A stretch of DNA of 46,072 nucleotides from NCBI RefSeq assembly GCF_001194135.2, contig NC_069000.1:36296519-36342590 (forward strand), written 5' to 3'. The stretch is from Octopus bimaculoides. Its lineage: Eukaryota. This document shows positions 1-8,083 of this stretch, one piece after another. How positions within the stretch are numbered: position 1 is the first letter of the stretch; the number at the start of each line of letters is the position of its first letter. A model generated the notes under the pieces. The model had not been told where the DNA came from, did not search any database, and saw only the letters and a list, made by a program, of their open reading frames with translations. The position numbers and the translations under genes were made by a program.

Positions 1-29
<29 letters not shown>

Positions 30-33
<4 letters not shown>

Positions 34-198
34 TACGACGGGCTTCTTTCAGTTTCTGTCTACCAAATCCACTCACAAGGCTTTGGTCGGCCCGAGGCTA
101 TAGTAGAAGATACCTGCCCAAGGTGCCACGCAGTGGGACTGAACCCAGAACCATGTGGTTGGTAAGCAAGCTACTTACCACACAGCCACTCCTACACC
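30..198 (-). mobile_element. C-group SINE, 5' half (tRNA-like head + CORE-like domain, OR2-like)
   Basis: Reverse complement reads ggagtggctgtgtggtaagtagcttgcttaccaaccacatggttctgggttcagtcccactgcgtggcaccttgggcagg..., nearly identical to the copy at 45657-46062; continues into (TA)n at 1-30. The family name is inferred from recalled octopus OR2/CORE-SINE descriptions. Confidence 0.85.
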
Positions 199-441
199 TA
201 TCTATCAGGCTATTTTTTTCCCACTGCTAAGGTATGGGGACATAAACAAACCAGCACCAGTTATCAAGCAATGTTGGTGCGTTTCAAACATTGATGCACA
301 CACACAGCTGTAAATAGATAACCTTGTAATGGATTGGCATACAAGGGTATGATGATGAGTCAGGAAAAATCACCTGAATGGAGGTCTTGTGAGCCACATT
401 TTGTATTCAGCAACTGAAAAGATGAATTTAAAAAAAAATAG

Positions 442-680
442 GTAAAGGTTACCTTCTCAAGTCATGCTAATTCATAAGGGCTGGTTTTCCAGTTTCCATG
501 GCATATAAATTCCCCACCTGGATGGAACACCTGTCTGTTGCAGGATTATTCATTTTCGCCAGCTGAGTGAACTGGAGCAATGTCAAATGAGCACAACACA
601 TCGCCCGGTCCAGGAATTGAAACCACAATCTTACAATCATGAGTCCAACACCCTCACCACTAAGCCACATACATCCAGTG
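442..680 (-). mobile_element. Degenerate tRNA-headed SINE (B-related head, different tail)
   Basis: Minus strand has tggcttagtggtga...ggtttcaattcctggaccgggcgatgtgttgtgctc...ttgctccagttcactcagctggcgaaaatga; related copies at ~8200-8445 (+) and ~16605-16830 (+). Confidence 0.7.
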
Positions 681-1864
681 AAAGGATGTATGGTGAATTC
701 TGGCTGGTTGGAATTGGTTGTTAAACCATGTTGAAGGCTGAATGAATGAAGTCTAAAAGACAAGTGTATGCATACTTATTTCACAAGGTGGTCCTTATGA
801 ACGACCGTATTTCAAATTTTATTTAATACCAGCTACTAAATTATTGAAAAAGATTATTACCATGGAACGTGTGAAACGTAACGAGTACAGTATAAAACTT
901 TATACAAAAGAAGAAAATAAGATTTTACATAGAAGCAGAACAGAACTAATGTTTTCTTTATTNNNNNNNNNNGAGTAAAAAGCAGGAACAAGAATGTTTG
1001 CCAGATCTTATCTACTGATGCTGAATGATAAAAGTTGTAAAAAGTTTGACAAGTTTATATATATACGCTCTTTTTCTCGTTGACATTCAGGTCAGTGAAG
1101 TGGAGAAACCTAATTGATCCAAAGTCAAGACTGCATAATTATCTTGGGCTTAGATAAAATGAGTTACTGGTTGAGACATGAAAGGTGTATGTGAAGAAGA
1201 CTTATCAACGTATACATGCACAGATATGTGTGTATTCATTCACCTTTTCATTAGTTTTTGTATGTCGATAAGAATAAGGTAGTATGATCTAAAGTTGCGA
1301 TTAAACAACCACAAGACATCTACTGACAAAGATGAGGGTTTTTTTTTTATATCCAACTAAGTATTTCTACTTCGTTCCCGATTCCAGATGAAAGACAAAC
1401 TGACGATTTATTTATTTATTTTTACGCCGAATTATTTTCTTCATAATCACACGCGAGTGTCAATGAGATATTTTGATTTTACATGTGTAATAATACGGCC
1501 ACAAAACTTTTGTAAAGAGGGGAATATAGTTGATTTAATAAACTCCTGTATTTGGACGGTACTTCAACCCTGGAGAAGAGAAAAGCTAAGTCGGGTTGAC
1601 CTCGGAGGGTTACATCCATCAGCATTCAACTGGCATTTATTTTATCGATCTCCAAAGAGAAAAAGCCAAGATTGTTATCGGCGGGATTTATGTAATAATA
1701 ATGGATTGTCATATTATAATATTGACATACCTATACAAGGTATTCGTAGGAAATTTCATTAAAGAGATATCAATTTTTCATTAAGTGAGGAAACAAAGTT
1801 CAAAGAGAGGTACACTTGTGTCAGTATACCGTAATATTATTAATTATTAATATTTATAATAAAG

Positions 1865-2070
1865 ACGGCGAGTTGGCAGAGTCGTTACTTCACCAAGCAA
1901 AATGCTCAGCGGCATTTTGCCCACCTTAATGTTCTGAGTTCAAATTCCGCCGGTGTCGACTTTCAACCTTTCGAGGTCCGATAAAATAAGTACCAATTGA
2001 GCACTGAGGTCGATGTAATCGACTTACCCACTTCCTCAAAATTGCTGGCCTTGTGCCAAAATTTGAAACC
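1865..2070 (+). mobile_element. A-group SINE (Meta-domain-like), 'ccaaaatttgaaaccaatatt' tail subtype
   Basis: Head acggcgagttggcagagtcgtt, box B gagttcaaattcc; 16-bp target-site duplication aatatttataataaag (1849-1864) / aatattaataataaag (2071-2086). Confidence 0.85.
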
Positions 2071-2399
2071 AATATTAATAATAAAGGTTAACGAAGGGGA
2101 AATGACTAGTTTTCTCGAACAATTCTTACTCGGGTGGTTAGCGTATAGTGATTAAATGTGTCGAGAAGAAGAAAAAAAAGAGGAAATACGGGTCGAAAGA
2201 AATATCTCCCAAGCTTAACTCCCAAAACTACTGAAAGTGATAGTGATTATACTTTTAACGGCATGACGATAAGAGAAACTAGCCTGCAGCGATGGTGCTA
2301 GAATGATCGCAAAAACATGTATTAAAGATAAGATGTACACCACAATGTCAGTTAAAAGACAGATAGAGGTGCTCGTGTATAAAAATCAAGTTTACTTAC

Positions 2400-2490
2400 G
2401 TTCGGTTGTCAATCCGGAAAGAAAGCTTTCTACTAATAAGAGTTGACAGTGGAGTAAATAACTAATGTCTTTTTTGAGTGAGAAGTGTGG
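2400..2490 (-). other. Candidate non-coding first exon of a minus-strand gene
   Basis: Perfect donor AAC|GTAAGT on the minus strand at 2400/2399; CpG-retaining unique sequence; lies directly downstream of duplicated ETS-like motifs. The 5' end is a guess. Confidence 0.4.
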
Positions 2491-2555
2491 CGTCGGTAAG
2501 GCAAACAGGAAGTAGATATTCGGGAGTGCGTCGTCGGTAAGGCAAACAGGAAGTA
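2491..2555. promoter_or_regulatory. 24-bp perfect direct repeat carrying ETS-type ACAGGAAGT cores
   Basis: cgtcggtaaggcaaacaggaagta at 2491-2514 and 2532-2555 (period 41). Confidence 0.5.
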
Positions 2556-3398
2556 CTTTTAGTCCCACTCTGCACATACCCCACTGCTACTACCCACCAT
2601 CAACAACAAGAGAGTCCCTTTACTCGGTTGCCTGACCTGCTTGAAACAGCAGCCAAATATCTATTAAATCACAGTGGTCTACAACTTTTTATTTTGCACC
2701 ACGGGCCGATGGATTATTTACATATATAATACATTGGTGTCCATAAATTTGGTAATTTGAGAAATAAGAACTCGGCAGAGTTTATTGGAAAACATAGGCA
2801 AACAAATAAGGTTTTTATTACAAAGTTCAGAACAAGTCCACCTAGGCTCCATTTGTTGCATGCAATAAATAGATACGATAAATTATGGAAGTTGTAAAAA
2901 TAATTCATAGACACTTTATATATACATATAGTGCAAGCACACCCTGCATTCCAGGTACGAAGGCCCTTCACGCAGTTTCTGTCCCTAGTTTCACTCGCAT
3001 GACTTGAGGTCACCTAGAGGCTAAGAGAAAAAGAGGACACTTGCCCGCAGTACCATTTAGCGAGACCAAGCAAAGGAGATCGGTGCATGCGAAACGAACG
3101 GAACTTCTTGACCATTCGGAAACACTGTCGCCGCGCAGTTAAGGAATTCACTATACAATTACGTGGCCGAGGTTCGATCCGACTGCGCTGCAGCTTGCTC
3201 AAATGCCTCTTACTATATCACCAAGTTGACAAAATATCTCGTAGAGAACCTAGAAGGTGGAAATCGTGCATATATGTGTGTGCAGCCGTGTTTTTTATGT
3301 GTCAAACACAACACCGCCGGTAAAAACCGGTGCTGGACAATTTTCGTTACAAGTCTAGCAACTATCGAAGTTGTATTCGTTGATATCCGCAACATTTT

Positions 3399-3560
3399 TT
3401 TTCGGCAGTTTACGGAAAATTTTATTTATTTATTACATATTTTTGTTTTCGGCAATATCTTTTATGTGTGTATGTTTAGTAATCACCAGCACTTGAAAGA
3501 CGTTGCCGTAAACAAGAATATGTAATAAATAAATAATTTTCCTGTAAACTGTCGAGGAAA
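3399..3560. repeat. Long imperfect palindrome (~65-bp arms, ~31-nt loop), MITE/foldback-like
   Basis: cggcagtttacggaaaattttatttatttattacatatttttgttttcggcaatatcttt is mirrored by gaaagacgttgccgtaaacaagaatatgtaataaataaataattttcctgtaaactgtcg. Confidence 0.85.
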
Positions 3561-3610
3561 TCAGCTGGTACATCTTTTGACAGTGGTCATACCAAAAGAT
3601 TACCCTAGAG

Positions 3611-3885
3611 CAGTGGTTCCGAAAGTGGGCGGTACTGACTCCCGGGGGCGGTGGAAAGTTCCAAGGGGACATTGAAGAAAAGTGGGGCGATAATGGGGTA
3701 GCGATTCATGTAAAAACAACAAAATAATGGGTTCATTAGGTTAAGTTTATATTTGTGAAATACAGTTGCTTTGAATTTGCTTCGGAAAGAGGTCTATGTT
3801 TGTGATGGTTAGTCGGGGTGGGGGCGCTAGGAATGTGGCCTGGGTGTCAAGTGGGTGGCAACTCGAAAAAGTTTGGGAACCACTG
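3611..3885. mobile_element. Non-autonomous hAT (Charlie-like) MITE
   Basis: TIRs CAGTGGTTCCGAAA / TTTGGGAACCACTG; perfect 8-bp TSD ccctagag (3603-3610, 3886-3893), matching the NNNTAGAN preference of Charlie elements. Confidence 0.92.
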
Positions 3886-4200
3886 CCCTAGAGTAAAAAG
3901 CTCTGGAAGGCAGTGCTTCACTATGGCCACAGTCTAAAGCCTGAAACCAGTAAAATAAAGGATGAGTGTACATCGCATCATTGTAAACAGAGAGAGCGTT
4001 GTATATTTAAGTGTCATGTTATTTTCTAGGTAATGTTTTCAAGTCATCCTACGAGCCCGGCTTATAATAAATAAAAAGACTTAGATCCTATCCTTTGTTT
4101 TAATCAATTCTATCTTCACTAAGCCAGAACTGGCGTCACGATGTAGCTAGAGTGTGTGGGCCACCACAGCATAAAAACATCCCCATAAAAAAGCGTGACC

Positions 4201-4430
4201 CAGTGATGTAGCTAGAGTATGTGGCACCACTGAAGAAGTCGTCCTCCTTTGTGTTGTTGCTGCTCACTTGGTCAGACTGCTGCCTCATGGCCTCCTCAAC
4301 CTTACCCTCCATGCTTCTCCTCACCTTGGTGTTGTCATACTTATCCAACCAGATGAGACGAAACCTGAGGTGGAAGGCAGCAGCCAGCTGGCATTGCCCT
4401 TCCTCCAGGTTTTGAGTTTGCTGCCTACTG
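4201..4430 (-). pseudogene. Decayed hAT transposase C-terminal fragment next to a TIR-like end
   Basis: One minus frame reads LAAAFHLRFRLIWLDKY...EDDFFS, resembling the LAAxxHPRFKLxWL motif of hAT/ZBED transposases; CAGTGATGTAGCTAG at 4201 resembles CAGTGGCGTAGCTAG-type hAT termini. Confidence 0.45.
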
Positions 4431-4470
4431 GGCCATCACAGCCTTTACTGTTTGTTGCATACCGGGCCAC

Positions 4471-4683
4471 CACGTTAGCACGCCGGGTGAAATGCTTAGC
4501 GGTATTTCGTCTGCCATTACGTTCTGAGTTCAAATTCCGCCGAGGTCTACTTTGCCTTTCGTCCTTTCGGGGTTAATAAATTAAGTACCAGTTACGCACT
4601 GGGGTTGATGTAATCGACTTAATCCCTTTGTCCTTGTTTGTCCCCTCTGTTTAGCCCCTTGTAGGCAATAAAGAAATAAGAAA
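4471..4683 (+). mobile_element. A-group SINE, 'aaagaaataaga' tail subtype, 5'-clipped
   Basis: cacgttagcacgccgggtgaaatgcttagcggtatttcg...gagttcaaattccgccgagg...gcctttcgtcctttcggggttaataaattaagtaccag; followed by the 3' half of a C-group SINE (4684-4779). Confidence 0.9.
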
Positions 4684-5158
4684 CTGAAAGACCATTGTGT
4701 ATATATATGTGTGTCTGTGTTTACCACCACTCCCTCACTTGACAACCATTGTTGGTGTGTTTATGTCCCTGTACCTTAGNNNNNNNNNNNNNNNNNNNNN
4801 NNNNNNNNNNNNNNNNNNNNNNNNNNNNNNNNNNNNNNNNNNNNNNNNNNNNNNNNNNNNNNNNNNNNNNNNNNNNNNNNNNNNNNNNNNNNNNNNNNNN
4901 NNNNNNNNNNNNNNNNNNNNNNNNNNNNNNNNNNNNNNNNNNNNNNNNNNNNNNNNNNNNNNNNNNNNNNNNNNNNNNNNNNNNNNNNNNNNNNNNNNNN
5001 NNNNNNNNNNNNNNNNNNNNNNNNNNNNNNNNNNNNNNNNNNNNNNNNNNNNNNNNNNNNNNNNNNNNNNNNNNNNNNNNNNNNNNNNNNNNNNNNNNNN
5101 NNNNNNNNNNNNNNNNNNNNNNNNNNNNNNNNNNNNNNNNNNNNNNNNNNNNNNNNNN

Positions 5159-5730
5159 AATTAGAAATATTGCATTTCTAAATCTATCAGAGTGAGTTAT
5201 GCAGTAGAAGAAGAATAAAGTGATGGCTTGTTGCTAACTTAATGTGGCAGTCCCTGTTTGAAAACTTAAGGACACAGCGCTTGTGTCACGTAGCCAATTA
5301 GAAACGGTGTTTCTTGGGGTTAAATAGCAGTAGCATTCATGCCTTTCCTGGGACTCCACAAGCCATCACTTAATCATACTGCTACTGCATAACTCTCTCT
5401 GAGAGATTTAGAAATGCAAAATTTCTAATTTTGTAGATTTGTGAATTTACTTCACTTGAAATTCTATAAGTCTTCAACAGCAATGTACAACTAACAGCTA
5501 GCAAAGCCAAGCTACTCCAGACTGATGAAGAGCAACAACCCTGAAATTAGTCTCTGGATGCTGGCTTTGTTGGGTGGAGGTGCTTATCTCCCCTGTTTGA
5601 AAACTTAAGGACTCAGAATACTTGTGTCATGGAGGCAACTAGAAACTGTTTCTTGGAGTTAAATAGCAGTAGCATTCTTGCCTTTCCTGGGACTGCCACA
5701 AAAGAGATAGGAAACAAGCCATCACTTTAT
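5159..5730 (+). mobile_element. Penelope-like pseudo-LTR / retrozyme-like repeat unit
   Basis: Direct repeats 5252-5371 and 5591-5730 (offset 339); inverted copy 5159-5232 of 5358-5430; hammerhead motif between the direct repeats; N-gaps on both sides. Confidence 0.7.
5516..5558 (+). ncRNA. Minimal type-I hammerhead ribozyme motif
   Basis: Stem I TCCAGA(5516-21)/TCTGGA(5553-58); core CTGATGA (5522-28); stem II AGAG-caacaa-CCCT (3 of 4 pairs); GAAA (5543-46); near-palindromic stem III ATTAGT; GTC cleavage triplet with the predicted cut after C5552. Confidence 0.75.
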
Positions 5731-6206
5731 ATNNNNNNNNNNNNNNNNNNNNNNNNNNNNNNNNNGGTAACCAAGAATTGATATTTTGTTGCAAATTAGG
5801 GCTAAAAGAAAGGTAGGTGTATAAAGAACTTTGCAGTTAAATACTTTTTTCAGGCTCCGCAACGCAATTGAAAATTTTCAAAGTTACCATTTTTGGTTGA
5901 ATTTTGAATTTTATGGAGTATAAGTCATAACGAACACATATTTTTATGCAGCAGAATGCAAAACAGTATATATAGTATCCTAAAGAGGTTCCATACCCAG
6001 TTTCAATACAATTGACTAATATCTTGAGGTTCTGCATTGACTATAAAGAGAATAGGAGTGTGACATTCTCTCCAGTGCTGCTGCAACGGTCATTGCGTGT
6101 GGATGTACGTCGTATGTGTGTGAAGTTTTCTGCTTTGTACTTTGACTTTAGGCCATTGTATTAAAATTAATGATCGTGTTAAATTTAGTGTTGTTTACAT
6201 TTAGTG

Positions 6207-6770
6207 ATGACTCATAAGCCAATAACATGTCATGATATTGAATGCCCAATATTTGGTACTCCATGTGATCTTAGCGAGCGAGTTTTGCCAACTTACAAGG
6301 ATGTACTAAAATGTGTTTTATTTGAATGAGAAAAAGAAAAGAAGGTAGTTACGAAAGATCCTTCAATTAAACAAATTGTCAAGATTGTAGCAGAGAATAT
6401 AATTCTTCTTTGGCAAAAGGCATCCATCCCTTGTGTTATGATTGGGTCAGTTAAACCGAAAATCTTAAACTTTTATCTAAAGTACCATGCATTACTAAAA
6501 TATGTGAAAAATACAAAACAAAAGTGCCATTGTTTCAAATAAAGTGTAATGTATTTAAAAACAATGCAACAAAAGATTTATTTGACATTTCCTGTTGCAA
6601 GTGCAACTCCTTTAAAAACTATAGTAGTAGTAGTAGTAGAGATAAAAAAATAACACAGAGAGAACAAGATTTTTTTACAGGATCAACAGACAAATTGAAA
6701 AATGATTATTGGTGGAATAGATCAAACAGTATCTAAACAGAACATTCAAAGGTTGATTAGAAAGAATTGA
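6207..6770 (+). pseudogene. Transposase N-terminal pseudogene
   Basis: MTHKPITCHDIECPIFGTPCDLSERVLPTYKDVLKC...LWQKASIPCV...LFDISCCKC...FLQDQQTN*KMIIGGIDQ. The LPTxxDVL, WxKAxIP, LFDIxxCKC and DQRxxRxMxIGxID motifs match recalled hATm/hATx-like transposases. Two TGA stops (likely ex-CGA) and two frameshifts. Missed by the ORF track except for one piece. Confidence 0.7.
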
Positions 6771-6882
6771 CCAGATTACAGTTGGCCTTCTACATTAGCA
6801 AAGAATTCTGAATTGTTAATTATTTTTATCACTAAAATGTGTTAAGAATCAAAAATTGGTTTGCACATAATTTTATTTTAAT

Positions 6883-7206
6883 GTGGCCGTTCCCAGTACC
6901 GCCTGACTGGCCTTCGTAGGATTTTCAAGCAAGATCGGTGCCAGTGCCCCTGGACTGGCTCTTGTGCGGGTGGCACCATTTTGAGCATGGCCGTTGCCAG
7001 TACCGCCTGACTGGCCTTCGTGTGGGTGACACGTAAAAGCACCCACTACACTCTCTGAGTGGTTGGCGTTAGGAAGGGCATCCAGCTGTAGAAACTCTGC
7101 CAAATCAGACTGGAGCCTGGTGTTGCCATCCGGTTTCACCAGTCCTCAGTCAAATCGTCCAACCCATGCTAGGATGGAAAGCGGACGTTAAACGATGATG
7201 ATGATG
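6883..7206 (+). mobile_element. RTE-LINE 3' end / RTE-tailed short element (D group)
   Basis: ...aggaagggcatccagctgtagaaactctgcc...ggaaagcggacgttaaac(gat)n, the same tail as the RTE at 19466-20363. Confidence 0.85.
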
Positions 7207-7884
7207 TAAGTGTAATCTAGACCTCATGTAACACATATATTCAGTGACCTAGTATTAAAAATTATAGAGAACAAAGTTGAAAAGTCTATTTATTTGACAT
7301 ATAAATTTTAGAGCCTGAGATTTTAACACTTTTGTTTTTAAAGGATTTCGCAAAAGAAAATCAATTCATAACAATGAAAGTAAAGAATAAAATGAGGAAC
7401 AGCAAATGTGTTATAAATTGATTTTTCTCTCACTATTCAAAATTTCAAGTAGGCTGCAGAGCCTGAAGATGCAAATTTAAGAACTTCAGATTTTAACACA
7501 GTTGTTTTTAAAAGATTTTGCAATAAAAAATATATTCTTGAAAACATATTTCAAAAATTTGTATAAAAAGTACCGTTTTCACTCCACCCTCTACGTTGTT
7601 ACAAGAAAAATTGGCCACAAATTTGTAAGAAAGAAGTATGTTTCCATATATGCAATTCAATCCAGTTTATTGGACTTAATTGTGTATGGATGTAGACAGT
7701 TGTATACAGAAGTGCCAATCACTTAAAGTGGATGGATCTTGTGGAAGAGAAAGACATGGGACAAAGTATTGCAGGCTGATCTCAAGACACTGAGCCTTAT
7801 GAAGCAGATGACTAAGGAACAAGATATTTAGCACCTTGCTGTTTGCCACAGCAGAATTGATACCAGTGCTGGTGCCATGATAAC

Positions 7885-8083
7885 AGTACTGGTGTTGGTG
7901 CTACATAAAAAGGAGCCAGTACACTCTGTGGAATGGTTGGCATTGGGAAGGCCATCCAGTCGTAGAAACCATGCCAGAACAGATGATGGAGCCTGGTGCA
8001 GCCCTGGCCTTACCAGCTCCAGTCAAATCGCCCAACACATGCCAGCATGGAAAACAGACGTTAAATGATGATGATGATGATGA
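7885..8083 (+). mobile_element. Older D-group/RTE tail variant
   Basis: ggttggcattgggaaggccatccagtcgtagaaacc...catggaaaacagacgttaaa(tga)n. Confidence 0.7.

Larger units (their letters stand above)
5766..7593 (+). mobile_element. Internally deleted hAT-superfamily DNA transposon remnant (hATm/hATx-like)
   Basis: Contains a transposase N-terminal pseudogene, subterminal gagcctga repeats (~7313, ~7460) and a right end ...ttcactccaccctcta (TAGAGGGTG on the minus strand). The left end is probably in the N-gap. Interrupted by an RTE tail at 6883-7206. Confidence 0.55.

Noticed and set aside
2491-2555. CRISPR-like repeat-spacer-repeat
   Set aside because: Only two units with a 17-nt spacer, in eukaryotic DNA with no cas genes.
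4697-5195. Long ORFs 4697-5164, 4749-5195, 19538-20230, 19619-20107, 19635-20186, 43445-43678
   Set aside because: They are open only because they run through N-gaps.
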